In this document: one piece after another, positions 42,974 through 54,980 of the stretch
How positions within the stretch are numbered: position 1 is the stretch's first letter
Layout of the letters: every line of letters starts with the position of its first letter
DNA from: Escherichia phage S143_2
Reading direction: 5' to 3' (one strand)
DNA: 64,000 bases
Sequence record: MZ189261.1
Notes under the pieces: generated by a model
The model's input: only the letters and a program-made list of their open reading frames with translations
What the model was told of the DNA's origin: nothing
Database searches by the model: none
Program-made: the position numbers and the translations under genes

Positions 42974-43461
42974 GTTTTAATAATCTCAATGATTTCATCT
43001 CGGGATAAACCATTAATAAGAACGGTTTTCAAACCATCACACTGGATTTTGTACGATTCAAACAATACACACAACTCTTCTGCTGTATGATATGGACTTG
43101 AAATTCCGAGGCGGTTGAATTTGTCGGTAAGAGGGTCGCAAATAATGTAGAATTTTATACCTGCGATATGTACATTCGGTTGACTAATATTAATGAACAC
43201 ATTAGCGTCATATTTAGTCAAATTGTTTTGAAGAAATTCTACCATGGCATTAACTGCTTCTGGCATCGCTTCACGTTTCTCTTCGGCGTAACGTGTTGAA
43301 TATTCCTTTTGCTTTAACTTCTTTTTAGCATTTTTCGCTAGAGTAGTACGAAGGTCCGTAAGATAACCAACTGCACGGCCTTTCTTAAAGACCCGGATTC
43401 CATCTGTAGAATCACCAAATGCTGCCACAACCATATCGTTAGTAATCAATTGCATATTCAT
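42961..43461 (-). CDS. alc: Alc-like protein (host transcription shutoff)
   Basis: 166 aa from MNMQLITNDMVV... (T4 Alc is about 167 aa); position between spanins and rnlA; start chosen downstream of the early promoter with GAGGAG SD. Confidence 0.6.
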   Translation of the reverse strand: MNMQLITNDMVVAAFGDSTDGIRVFKKGRAVGYLTDLRTTLAKNAKKKLKQKEYSTRYAEEKREAMPEAVNAMVEFLQNNLTKYDANVFINISQPNVHIAGIKFYIICDPLTDKFNRLGISSPYHTAEELCVLFESYKIQCDGLKTVLINGLSRDEIIEIIKTCLK

Positions 43462-43491
43462 AATTTTCTCCTCGTGATGTTGATAAAAACC

Positions 43492-43521
43492 ATAGTAACA
43501 CCTTCCTTGGTGTTTGTAAAC
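43492..43521 (-). promoter_or_regulatory. Early promoter GTTTAC-N18-TACTAT
   Basis: On - strand GTTTACAAACACCAAGGAAGGTGTTACTAT about 30 nt upstream of the alc ATG. Confidence 0.45.
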
Positions 43522-43523
43522 CA

Positions 43524-44657
<1,134 letters not shown>

Positions 44658-44674
44658 TCAGTTAGTTTTTTTAA

Positions 44675-44704
44675 ATTGTACCACAATCCTTGTGGCATGT
44701 AAAC
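44675..44704 (-). promoter_or_regulatory. Early promoter GTTTAC-N18-TACAAT with inverted repeat CCACAATCCTTGTGG in spacer
   Basis: On - strand GTTTACATGCCACAAGGATTGTGGTACAAT, about 25 nt upstream of rnlA ATG. Confidence 0.45.
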
Positions 44705-45114
44705 TACTTTTTCTTATGTTGGATATTCCAAGGCGGGTTGAACTTTTTGATAAAAAGCGGTTCTTCAAGGTCCATTGTTGCGATGGTCATTGAACCAAGT
44801 TCGTTGGTGACTGAAAGGTCAAAACATTGGCGGGCCCAGAATTCAACCTTTTTGCCTTGCATTAAGGCATCCAAAATCATAAGTGATTTTCTTGAATCTG
44901 AAGTCTGGTCTTTTCGATTTATGGCTGTTCGATAATAGTTAATGCGTTTCTTTAAATTCTTGGTTTTACCAATATACACAAGTTCGTCATCTATAGCAAT
45001 AGCGTATATGACATTTTTCTTATTAGGGACATCAACTGTTTTAATTGTTGCATCTTCTAATAGCTCCAATTCTGTATATTTAATAAAGGAATATTCGGCG
45101 GCAATATCTTTCAT
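44704..45114 (-). CDS. denA: Endonuclease II (DenA), GIY-YIG family
   Basis: 136 aa as in T4 DenA; VYIGKTKNLKKRINYY GIY-YIG-type motif; position between rnlA and nrdB. Confidence 0.88.
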   Translation of the reverse strand: MKDIAAEYSFIKYTELELLEDATIKTVDVPNKKNVIYAIAIDDELVYIGKTKNLKKRINYYRTAINRKDQTSDSRKSLMILDALMQGKKVEFWARQCFDLSVTNELGSMTIATMDLEEPLFIKKFNPPWNIQHKKK

Positions 45115-45122
45115 AATAAAGT

Positions 45123-45136
45123 GGGACCGAAGTCCC
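45123..45136 (-). terminator. Hairpin (GGGAC-UUCG-GUCCC on - strand) between nrdB and denA
   Basis: 5-bp GC stem with tetraloop, followed on - strand by ACTTTATTATG; modest U-tract. Confidence 0.45.
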
Positions 45137-45140
45137 GTCC

Positions 45141-46280
45141 TTAGAAATATTTTTTGTATGAATTGATTACATTTTGGTCTACATCATTATCAATTTGTGC
45201 GACAAGATAAGAACTGATTTCAACTTCCTGAGGAGCTGCTTGAACTAAATCAGAGTTCAGATATTCACGAATCCAAGGATACGGATGCTTGGTCGGAGCA
45301 TCAGTGATTGGGCAGGGCAAACCACACTGTTTCATACGAGACACAGTCAAGTAATCAACAAAAGCACACATACTCTGCGTATTGATACCTGGACATGTAC
45401 CGTCTTTAAAGAGGTGTGCAGCCCATTCCTTCTCTTGACGGTTAACTTCCATAAAAATGTCAACTGCTTCTTGTTCACATTCTTTAGCAATTTGAACCCA
45501 CTCATCGCCGTCAATACCAGATTGAAGTTGACGAATAATGTACTGAGTACCCTTGAGGTGGAGTTGTTCGTCACGAGCAATGAACTTCATAATCTTTGCA
45601 TTACCTTCCATAATTTCCATATTTTTATGGAAGTTGAAAGTACATGCAAATGATACGTAAAAACGAATAGCTTCCAGAGCGTTGATTACGTGCAGACAGA
45701 GGTAAAGAGAACGCATTAGTTCGTATTTAGCCTGTTTTACGCCTTCGCTAAACTCGTGATATTCTTCTAAAGCATTCTGGTAAAGGCGAGTCTTGACTAG
45801 AACATCATCGTAATATTTACCTATTGATTCAGCTCGTTTCATGATTGCTTCGTCTAATACAATTTCATCAAATACCTTAGATGGATCCGTATAAAGATTT
45901 CGCATAATATGAGTATACGAACGAGAGTGAATAGTTTCACTGAATGTCCATGTTGCAACCCACGTATCTAATGAAGGGTCGGAAATCAGTGCCATAAGTA
46001 CCGCAGATGGGGCCCTGCCTTGGATAGAATCTAATAATGATTGATACTTAAGATTGTTTGTAAAGATGTCCTGTTGGAACTGAGGAAGCTTATTGAACTG
46101 CGCAGAGTCCAACATCAAGTTTACCTCTTCTGGGCGCCAAAAAAACGATAATTGCTTTTCGGTCAAATCTTCAAAAACTTTATGGCGTTGAATATCATAA
46201 CGCGCAATACCAAGACCAGAACCAAAGAACATCGGTTCATTCAAAACATCGACTTGTTGTGTGTTAAAAACTGTACTCAT
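45141..46280 (-). CDS. nrdB: Ribonucleotide reductase small subunit NrdB (uninterrupted)
   Basis: 379-aa continuous ORF in the T4 nrdB position; no intron-like interruption. Confidence 0.9.
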   Translation of the reverse strand: MSTVFNTQQVDVLNEPMFFGSGLGIARYDIQRHKVFEDLTEKQLSFFWRPEEVNLMLDSAQFNKLPQFQQDIFTNNLKYQSLLDSIQGRAPSAVLMALISDPSLDTWVATWTFSETIHSRSYTHIMRNLYTDPSKVFDEIVLDEAIMKRAESIGKYYDDVLVKTRLYQNALEEYHEFSEGVKQAKYELMRSLYLCLHVINALEAIRFYVSFACTFNFHKNMEIMEGNAKIMKFIARDEQLHLKGTQYIIRQLQSGIDGDEWVQIAKECEQEAVDIFMEVNRQEKEWAAHLFKDGTCPGINTQSMCAFVDYLTVSRMKQCGLPCPITDAPTKHPYPWIREYLNSDLVQAAPQEVEISSYLVAQIDNDVDQNVINSYKKYF

Positions 46281-46333
46281 TATATTTTCTCACTTAGTTT
46301 AACTCATCCATGAGTAAATTATAATCAAAAGTC

Positions 46334-48589
46334 TTAAAGCTTACAAGCAGAACAATCTTCAGCTTTAGGTGTTTCTAATTCATAGTCATCTGTACCTGAC
46401 CCATCACGAGTGTTATGATAGTAGAGATTTTTTCCGCCAAAGTACCAGAAGTAAAGTAGATCGTCAAGCATTACTGACATTGGTACTTTACCTTTCTCAA
46501 ATACTGCAGGGTCATAGTAAGTATTAGCAGAAGCAGATTGGCACACCCATTTCAACATGATAGCAACTTGGGTCAAATAAGGTTTATTACCTTTCTTGGC
46601 AAGTTTCCACGCGTAGTCGTAAAGACTCATGTTATGTTCTATATTAGGAACAACCTGACGGAAGTTGCCTTCTTTAGATTCTTTAATACTTACTGGACCA
46701 CGCGGGGGCTCAATCCCGTTTGTAGAGTTTGATACTTGGCTGCTTGACTCACAAGGCATGAGTGCAGACAACGTTGAGTTACGAATTCCGTGTTCTTTGA
46801 GTTCAGCTCGAAGTTCTTCCCAGTCACAGACGTAGTTCGGGGCTGCGATTTGGTCAATCTTTTTATTGTACCAGTCGATAGGTAATTCGCCTCTAGACCA
46901 TTTAGTGTCTGAATAATACTCGCAACATCCTTTTTCTTTGGCGAGTTTGATTGAAGCTTTGATAAGGCCATATTGCAATCTCTCAAACAATTCATGAGTC
47001 AAATCGTTAGCGTCTTCATACGAAGCAAAGTTAGAAGCTAACCATGCAGCATAGTTCGTAACACCAACACCAAGATTACGACGCTTTTTAGCTTTTAAAG
47101 CTTCTGGAACCGGATAATCTTGATAGTCTAACAGGTTATCAAGTGCACGTACTTGTACTTCAGCAAGTTCATTAATTTTATCTTGGTCTTGCCAATCAAA
47201 TTTATCTAATACAAAAGCAGATAATGTGCATAAACCAATTTCAGCATCGGGACCATTCACATCATTAGTTGGAATAGCGATTTCACAACATAAGTTACTC
47301 TGACGAATTGGAGCTTTTTCACGAATAAATGGAGTGTAGTTATTCGTGTTATCAACAAACTGTGGATAAATTCGAGCAGTACCAGAACGTTCAGTCATGA
47401 ACAATTCAAAGAGTTCTAGTGCTTTGATTCTTTTCTTTCTGATTGTTGGGTCTTTTTCAGCTTTCTCATAAAGCTCACGGAATTTATCTTGGTCTTCAAA
47501 GAACGAGTAGTATAGTTCGCCTGACATTTCGTGAGGGCTAAATAAAGTAATATAATCATTTTTACCAAGGCGTTCCATCATAAGGTCATTAATCTGAATT
47601 CCGTAGTCCATATGACGAATACGGTTTTCATCCACACCTTTGTTATTTTTCAGAACTAATAGGTTCTCTACTTCTAAGTGCCACATCGGATAATACGCTG
47701 TAGCAGCACCACCACGAATACCACCTTGAGAACAAGATTTTACTGCAGTTTGGAAATGTTTCCAGAATGGAATAACACCTGTATGTCGAACTTCACCCAT
47801 ACCGATCTTAGAACCTTCTGCACGAAGCATACCAACGTTGATACCGATACCAGCTCGTTTAGAAATATATTCAATAATTGATGCTGAAGTTTTGTTAATA
47901 GATTTTAACGAATCACCTGCTTCAATAACTACACAACTAGAGAACTGGCGAGTCGGAGTACGAGCACCTGCCATAATTGGGGTAGGCAATGAAACTTGAT
48001 GAGTAGAAACGGCATCATAAAAACGAATAATATGTTTCAAACGGTCATGAGTTTCGTCTTGGTGTAAGGCCATACCAATAGCCATGATAGCAAACTGTGG
48101 AGTTTCATAAATCTTCCCGGTTGTTTTATCTTTAACTAGATATTTTTCTTTAAGCTGCATAGCACCAGCATAAGTCAGGTCAAAGTCTCGTTCATGTTTA
48201 ATCTGTGAATCGAGATAAATGATTTCTTCTGCTGAATATTGAGACAACAACTCAGGGTCATATTTGCCTTCATTAACACAGTAAGAAATATGGTCGATAA
48301 AAGCAGGCGGTTCAAACTGCCCGTATACATCTTTACGAAGTGCAAACATTAATCCTTTAGCGGCGACATACTGATAATCAGGTTCTTCGACAGAAATCGA
48401 GTTAGCTGCAACTTTAATACAAATCTTCTGAATATCTTTGGTGCTCATCCCATCGACAAGATGGGTCTTAATTTCTTCGTACAATTCATATGGGTCAATT
48501 TGTGTTCCTTCACATTGCCAAGTTAAAACTTGAATAATTTTCTGTGCATCAAAATTTTGGGATACACCACTGCTCTTAGTTACTTGCAT
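46334..48589 (-). CDS. nrdA: Ribonucleotide reductase large subunit NrdA
   Basis: 751 aa; NLCCEIAIPT active-site block; C-terminal CxxC (CSACKL). Confidence 0.95.
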   Translation of the reverse strand: MQVTKSSGVSQNFDAQKIIQVLTWQCEGTQIDPYELYEEIKTHLVDGMSTKDIQKICIKVAANSISVEEPDYQYVAAKGLMFALRKDVYGQFEPPAFIDHISYCVNEGKYDPELLSQYSAEEIIYLDSQIKHERDFDLTYAGAMQLKEKYLVKDKTTGKIYETPQFAIMAIGMALHQDETHDRLKHIIRFYDAVSTHQVSLPTPIMAGARTPTRQFSSCVVIEAGDSLKSINKTSASIIEYISKRAGIGINVGMLRAEGSKIGMGEVRHTGVIPFWKHFQTAVKSCSQGGIRGGAATAYYPMWHLEVENLLVLKNNKGVDENRIRHMDYGIQINDLMMERLGKNDYITLFSPHEMSGELYYSFFEDQDKFRELYEKAEKDPTIRKKRIKALELFELFMTERSGTARIYPQFVDNTNNYTPFIREKAPIRQSNLCCEIAIPTNDVNGPDAEIGLCTLSAFVLDKFDWQDQDKINELAEVQVRALDNLLDYQDYPVPEALKAKKRRNLGVGVTNYAAWLASNFASYEDANDLTHELFERLQYGLIKASIKLAKEKGCCEYYSDTKWSRGELPIDWYNKKIDQIAAPNYVCDWEELRAELKEHGIRNSTLSALMPCESSSQVSNSTNGIEPPRGPVSIKESKEGNFRQVVPNIEHNMSLYDYAWKLAKKGNKPYLTQVAIMLKWVCQSASANTYYDPAVFEKGKVPMSVMLDDLLYFWYFGGKNLYYHNTRDGSGTDDYELETPKAEDCSACKL

Positions 48590-48676
48590 ATAGTCCTCAG
48601 TATAGGTTGATAGACATTACTCCAAACGGGATAGTATTTATCCCGTTAATTTATTATACACTTTTAAACTGAAGCG

Positions 48677-48931
48677 TTAATTATCCTCAGCAATAATTTC
48701 TTCGTATTCTTTAGGTGTCAAGACTGTGATATCGAAATAAACCACCGGTTCTTTTTCTATACCGTAACCACCACAAAATTCACGATATCCATAAATTCGT
48801 TCGTGTGAATAGCAAATGAATCGCTCACCTTTAACTGTGATTTCACTATTCGGTGAAGGGATATCCAGTTCGGTAGGATTTTTCATTTCAAAAATTGTGG
48901 TGCCATATGAATTAATAAAACGTAAAATCAT
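48677..48931 (-). CDS. Hypothetical protein (84 aa) between td and nrdA
   Basis: ORF whose stop is 2 nt from the td stop-side boundary. Confidence 0.5.
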   Translation of the reverse strand: MILRFINSYGTTIFEMKNPTELDIPSPNSEITVKGERFICYSHERIYGYREFCGGYGIEKEPVVYFDITVLTPKEYEEIIAEDN

Positions 48932-48932
48932 T

Positions 48933-50618
<1,686 letters not shown>

Positions 50619-50620
50619 AA

Positions 50621-50869
50621 TTATTTCCTCAGATTTTTCTTAACAACTTTCCAATCAGCTTTAAACTGATCGACGTCAGAATGATAAATCCAGAATCCTG
50701 CACTTTCACCATCTTCGTAGAGTGGACATCCATCACATTCTTCGTTCCAACCCATTTCTCGTAAAGCTTCTTCAGCTTGTTCAAGGAGTTCAGCGTCTTT
50801 ACCGACGATGTTGAAGTACCATTTACCTCTAACTTCCGAATCTTTGATGCTCTGGCGTTGCAATCTCAT
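50621..50869 (-). CDS. Hypothetical protein (82 aa), frd.2 position
   Basis: ORF preceded by the GGAGAATAAAATGA cassette. Confidence 0.5.
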   Translation of the reverse strand: MRLQRQSIKDSEVRGKWYFNIVGKDAELLEQAEEALREMGWNEECDGCPLYEDGESAGFWIYHSDVDQFKADWKVVKKNLRK

Positions 50870-50906
50870 TTTATTCTCCGCTTCACTTTTGATTTGATAG
50901 GGCTAC

Positions 50907-50934
50907 TATAACATAGCCCTATCTTGTTATAAAC
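50907..50934 (-). promoter_or_regulatory. Early promoter-like element with stem-loop (ATAGGGCTA...TAGCCCTAT)
   Basis: On - strand GTTTAT...TATAGT overlapping a 9-bp inverted repeat at 50907-50930. Confidence 0.35.
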
Positions 50935-51326
50935 TACTTTTTAAAAGTTTTTTGCAAAAGTTCAATGACTTCGTCGACGTTGGTTTCATCTACAATACAA
51001 TGTATTTTTGTTACACCTAAAGCTATACCTTTGTTAGTAGGTTGAGGCTTTACTAAATCTACCTCAGTAAAGTATTTGAACTCGTTAGGATAAATCTCAA
51101 AATAAGTTTCAATTTCACCACCAGCAGAACATACCGTACCATCTTCCATAGTTACACTTACTACGTTTGACGTATCGCTATCATAATCAGGTTCCATTCC
51201 GTTTACAACAAAACTAGGCCCGTGGAGTTCAATCAATTTTAACATCTTAGCGTTATTGTGTGGTGCTTCTTGAACAAAGTCGTCTTTAAACAAAGGGTTA
51301 ATGATATAAGATTTTCCGATTTCCAT
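50934..51326 (-). CDS. Hypothetical protein (about 130 aa), frd.3 position
   Basis: Start at MEIGKSYIINP... chosen to avoid overlap with the upstream 83-aa gene; GAGGA SD upstream. Confidence 0.45.
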   Translation of the reverse strand: MEIGKSYIINPLFKDDFVQEAPHNNAKMLKLIELHGPSFVVNGMEPDYDSDTSNVVSVTMEDGTVCSAGGEIETYFEIYPNEFKYFTEVDLVKPQPTNKGIALGVTKIHCIVDETNVDEVIELLQKTFKK

Positions 51327-51336
51327 TTTGATTTCC

Positions 51337-51588
51337 TCATTTGTTGATGTGTTGTAATAAAGATTCTGCAAACATCTCATATGATTCCAGGTGTTCTTCT
51401 TTAATGCGAACTGCATGATTATCACCCGAAGAATAGAACATCTGTACGATAAGAGCTTCGTAATCAGACGAAATACATGCTACGTTTTCCGGCTTCAGGC
51501 ATTCATTGTATGTCGCAACTGGGTCAGTGAAAGCTGCAACGTTTTTGCTACCGCAGTAATCCATACTTCTTTGAATAATAAAAATCAT
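51337..51588 (-). CDS. Hypothetical protein (83 aa)
   Basis: ORF with early promoter and SD upstream. Confidence 0.5.
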   Translation of the reverse strand: MIFIIQRSMDYCGSKNVAAFTDPVATYNECLKPENVACISSDYEALIVQMFYSSGDNHAVRIKEEHLESYEMFAESLLQHINK

Positions 51589-51618
51589 TTTATTTTCCTC
51601 TCATTTGTTGATAAGTCT

Positions 51619-51647
51619 ATAGTATCATGTTTAAAGGAAAAGTAAAC
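51619..51647 (-). promoter_or_regulatory. Early promoter GTTTAC-N17-TACTAT
   Basis: On - strand GTTTACTTTTCCTTTAAACATGATACTAT about 30 nt upstream of the 83-aa ORF. Confidence 0.45.
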
Positions 51648-51678
51648 AACTTTTTTGGCAATTTACAGATACTCAAAA

Positions 51679-51696
51679 GGGAGACCGAAGTCTCCC
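51679..51696 (-). terminator. Gene 32 terminator (GGGAGAC-UUCG-GUCUCCC plus U-tract on - strand)
   Basis: Same 18-nt hairpin as at 13489, 6 nt after the gene 32 stop, followed on - strand by CTTTTGAGTATC. Confidence 0.65.
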
Positions 51697-51702
51697 AATT
51701 TA

Positions 51703-52602
51703 TTATAGACCAGCTAACAGGTCATCGAGGTCACCATCGTCAGAAGACGAGGAACTCATGAAGTCATCTTCAGTTTTTGCAGAACTAAAGGCTTCCATGT
51801 CTTTATCAAAATCGTCGAGGTCAGAAGCAACTTTATCTGCAACAGAAGCTGCGGCAGCTGCTGCACCACCAAGAGCGGCAGTACCAAGAACTTGATTAAA
51901 TTTAGTATTCAGTTCTTCAAACGATTTGAACTTATCTTTAGAAGTCATTTCAGAAAGGTCAACCATTTGTTCGAACAATTCTTTCTGGAAAGATTCATCA
52001 TCAATGTTTGGAATCGCAGATTGATTCAGGAATTTAGATTCGTCGTAGTTACTGAAACCAGAAACCTGTTTAACTTTCAGCACAAAGTTAGCACCTTCCC
52101 ATGGGCAAGTTACATCAACAGGAGTTTCACCCATTTCAGTATCGACTGCAATCATTGCATTGATTTTGTCCCAAATCTTTTTACCAAAACGGTATTTGAA
52201 TACTTTACCTTCATTATCTGGAGCTTGTGGATCTTTAACAACCAGGATATTAGCCCAATAAGAAGTTTTACGTTTCAGTTGAGAATATTCTGTTTTGTTT
52301 GTATTGTACAGATCATTTTTACTAATGTACTGACATACCGGACAAGAGTCATAATCGCCGTGTGTAGATGAACAGGTTTCAATATACCATTTGCCGTTTT
52401 TCTTGAACCCGTGGTTAACAAGAATTGCAAACGGAAGTGCGTCATCTGTTTTTGCCGGCAGGAAACGAATTACCGCTTGACCATTACCGGATGCATCGAG
52501 TTTCAGCTTCCATTCACCTTTATCTTCTGAAGAGAAACCTTTGTTACCATTCAGTTTAGCCATCTGAGCTGCAAGGTCTGCGGTACTTTTACGTTTAAAC
52601 AT
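51703..52602 (-). CDS. 32: Single-stranded DNA-binding protein gp32
   Basis: 299 aa; [36 protein letters not shown]... and zinc motif [14 protein letters not shown] match T4 gp32 as recalled. Confidence 0.97.
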   Translation of the reverse strand: MFKRKSTADLAAQMAKLNGNKGFSSEDKGEWKLKLDASGNGQAVIRFLPAKTDDALPFAILVNHGFKKNGKWYIETCSSTHGDYDSCPVCQYISKNDLYNTNKTEYSQLKRKTSYWANILVVKDPQAPDNEGKVFKYRFGKKIWDKINAMIAVDTEMGETPVDVTCPWEGANFVLKVKQVSGFSNYDESKFLNQSAIPNIDDESFQKELFEQMVDLSEMTSKDKFKSFEELNTKFNQVLGTAALGGAAAAAASVADKVASDLDDFDKDMEAFSSAKTEDDFMSSSSSDDGDLDDLLAGL

Positions 52603-52716
52603 TTTATTTGCCTTTATTTAGATTAATTAAATTTTACAGTTGGTTGCTACGACACTTATACCTCGTAGCTGGTATGATTTATTTATAAAGTAATTTTAAC
52701 ACACAAGAAATAAAGC
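52603..52716 (-). promoter_or_regulatory. Gene 32 leader: late promoter (TATAAATA on - strand at 52679-52686), stem-loop and AU-rich translational operator region
   Basis: - strand TATAAATA; inverted repeat GCTACGA...TCGTAGC at 52645-52668; unstructured A/U-rich tract immediately 5' of the gene 32 ATG. Confidence 0.5.
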
Positions 52717-53370
52717 TTAATACTTACATGATTTGATTGTTTCTATGAACAATTTCTTAGCAGCATTTCCATCGATTTGAAGTATTTTTCGATATGCCTT
52801 TAATTTGGTAGAATAATTTTGCCAGACTAAGTTATCGGTTAGTTCGTCGTGCTTATCTATAATATTCAAAAATGAGTCCAACAATAAGAAAGTCTCAAAT
52901 GAAATTATATTGCTTTGTAGCAATTTGAATATGTAGCTCGACTGAACATTGTTATTATAATCAAATATCTCTTGAAGCGCACTAACTTCAACTTTCTTAC
53001 CGAAATAGTAGATGTTACGTACATCTTCAGCAAACGTCTCCTTGGCTTGTTTGAGACGTCCAATATATTCCCTATAGAAAACTAATGCATCAGCGTCTGA
53101 TATCTCACCAATCCATGCGTCTTGGTTAGCAACTAAGTTGCTTATGAATATCAAGGTGAGTTCCTTCAATTTATATTTCTCTGCTAGTTTTTCAAAGAAA
53201 TATTTATCTCGGCGTTTTTGATACGCATTATCCGAAACACGCATGCACCAGTTATATTTGATTACGTCATACCGACCATTAAAATGTTGTTTGCACATCA
53301 AGTATAGTTTGTATACCGATTTTCCGTTAATATAACGTTCTCCATCAGGAGGCATGCGTATTTTAATCAT
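52717..53370 (-). CDS. 59: Helicase loader gp59
   Basis: 217 aa as in T4 gp59; MIKIRMPPDGERYINGKSVYKLYLM... matches as recalled. Confidence 0.93.
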   Translation of the reverse strand: MIKIRMPPDGERYINGKSVYKLYLMCKQHFNGRYDVIKYNWCMRVSDNAYQKRRDKYFFEKLAEKYKLKELTLIFISNLVANQDAWIGEISDADALVFYREYIGRLKQAKETFAEDVRNIYYFGKKVEVSALQEIFDYNNNVQSSYIFKLLQSNIISFETFLLLDSFLNIIDKHDELTDNLVWQNYSTKLKAYRKILQIDGNAAKKLFIETIKSCKY

Positions 53371-53705
53371 AATAAGAAATCTAACGTATTAGTTTTTTCA
53401 CCACGAGCAACTGATGGGCGAAGCATATTTTCGTCAATTGCTTCGCTTGTAATTTTTTCAACAATTCCTGTAGGAATAAATTTAGCAAATTGTGTTTCTG
53501 GAATAGAATTTTCTTCCAAGAAAGCAGTTGTTGCTTCTAAATAAGACATACCAAATTGTTCAACCATGGATTCGATAATGAATCCATTTTCTTGACGGTC
53601 AAGCAATTTAGCGATATCATCTTTATCGTGTTTTACTGCTAATTCTTGTTCAGATAAACCGGCCTCATCAACCGGTTTAATATCACTTAGTGAAAACTGT
53701 GTCAT
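53367..53705 (-). CDS. 33: Late transcription co-activator gp33
   Basis: 112 aa as in T4 gp33; synteny 59-33-dsbA. Confidence 0.85.
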   Translation of the reverse strand: MTQFSLSDIKPVDEAGLSEQELAVKHDKDDIAKLLDRQENGFIIESMVEQFGMSYLEATTAFLEENSIPETQFAKFIPTGIVEKITSEAIDENMLRPSVARGEKTNTLDFLL

Positions 53706-53952
53706 AAAGCTCGACTACCTCTTCGTTTTCAGCTTCAAATTGGTCACGAGCGTCTTTATGATAAAGAGCTAACAAACGATTAAACATTTTTCCATCGACG
53801 CCAAGCTCTTCTTTAGCACGAGTACGAATGTCTTTAATCAGTTCATTATAACCAGAAATTTTAAGTTTGTTATCAGAAGCTTCCTTGACTAGTTTAGCCA
53901 GTTCTTCACCATGCACATCTTGATTAAATTCAACTGCTTCTTTCTTAGCCAT
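53683..53952 (-). CDS. dsbA: dsDNA-binding protein DsbA
   Basis: 89 aa from MAKKEAVEF...; matches T4 DsbA as recalled; the longer 95-aa start rejected. Confidence 0.85.
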   Translation of the reverse strand: MAKKEAVEFNQDVHGEELAKLVKEASDNKLKISGYNELIKDIRTRAKEELGVDGKMFNRLLALYHKDARDQFEAENEEVVELYDTVFTK

Positions 53953-53959
53953 GTTTACC

Positions 53960-54877
53960 TCAGAATTCATTAATTACACTTGTTAATTTAGAAAGACCAG
54001 ATTTTACAAAGTATGAATAAATCTTGCCTTTAGGTTGTGGTTTATATGAGTTATAATACTCTATAATAGTTGAAGCAATATTATCAGGGATATAATCAAA
54101 ATCAATGAGAACCAAATTTTCTTGATACCGTTTATATTCTTCAGCACTTAATAATACTTCAGCTTGAGAACGGTCGTTAGCAATTGCTTCAATAATTGAA
54201 GTTTTCATGCTCGGAGTTCGTTCACCATCAACTCTGGTAAACCAGAAGTCGCCACGAACTCGAACAGATGCAACCCCGTCTTTACGGTCACCTTTAAGAA
54301 TTTTAGTCATGCAATCAATTTCAGCAGAACCGTTCTTAATTTTAACCCATTTTTTCTGTGGTGGTGACCACTGTTTAACGTTAGGATATTTGTGTAATTG
54401 TGTAAAGTCACCGTCTGATGCAACAATACATACCTTATGTCCAGCTAATGACAAATATTTAGTTAATACACCGATATGGTCATCCGCTTCATATTTGTCA
54501 ATATCCATTACAACGTATGGCATGTATTTCTTAATCTCATCAACAACTTGACGGAGTGCAGTAAAATATCCTTCCCAATCCCACTTTGAAGCTTCACGAT
54601 CGGTTTTACGATTTTTCTTGTAATAGTAAGCAAAGTCACGACGCCAATAACCTGAAGTAGCATTATCCATACACAATACAAATTTTGTATAGCCTTGCTT
54701 ACGGAACATCACCACGTTTTTACGAATTGAATTCAAGATTACATGGCGAACCATCGGAACAGTAATTTTATCACCGTCTTCAAAGTTGTTTAATGCAGCT
54801 GCCAATGCAATGTTACTAAAGTCGGCAAGTGCAATACCTTCTTTGTAATCTTCATCCAACATCATTTCTAAATCCAT
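53960..54877 (-). CDS. rnh: RNase H (5'-3' exonuclease, FEN-1 family)
   Basis: 305 aa as in T4 Rnh; position between dsbA and gene 34. Confidence 0.9.
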   Translation of the reverse strand: MDLEMMLDEDYKEGIALADFSNIALAAALNNFEDGDKITVPMVRHVILNSIRKNVVMFRKQGYTKFVLCMDNATSGYWRRDFAYYYKKNRKTDREASKWDWEGYFTALRQVVDEIKKYMPYVVMDIDKYEADDHIGVLTKYLSLAGHKVCIVASDGDFTQLHKYPNVKQWSPPQKKWVKIKNGSAEIDCMTKILKGDRKDGVASVRVRGDFWFTRVDGERTPSMKTSIIEAIANDRSQAEVLLSAEEYKRYQENLVLIDFDYIPDNIASTIIEYYNSYKPQPKGKIYSYFVKSGLSKLTSVINEF

Positions 54878-54909
54878 ATGAACCTCTTGTTCAGTTAGTC
54901 AACTTGACT

Positions 54910-54939
54910 ATAGTAACATACTCATTTGAAAGCGTAAAC
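54910..54939 (-). promoter_or_regulatory. Early promoter GTTTAC-N18-TACTAT for rnh
   Basis: On - strand GTTTACGCTTTCAAATGAGTATGTTACTAT; palindrome AGTCAACTTGACT adjacent. Confidence 0.45.
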
Positions 54940-54942
54940 TGG

Positions 54943-54950
54943 TATAAATA
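54943..54950 (+). promoter_or_regulatory. Late promoter TATAAATA for gene 34
   Basis: TATAAATA 30 nt upstream of gene 34 ATG; divergent from the rnh early promoter. Confidence 0.55.
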
Positions 54951-54980
54951 AGTATTATTGAAACAATAAAGGAAAAACGA

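Noticed and set aside
51892-52371. 159-aa + strand ORF inside gene 32
   Set aside because: Antisense to gene 32; spurious.
54207-54551. 114-aa + strand ORF inside rnh
   Set aside because: Antisense to RNase H; spurious.
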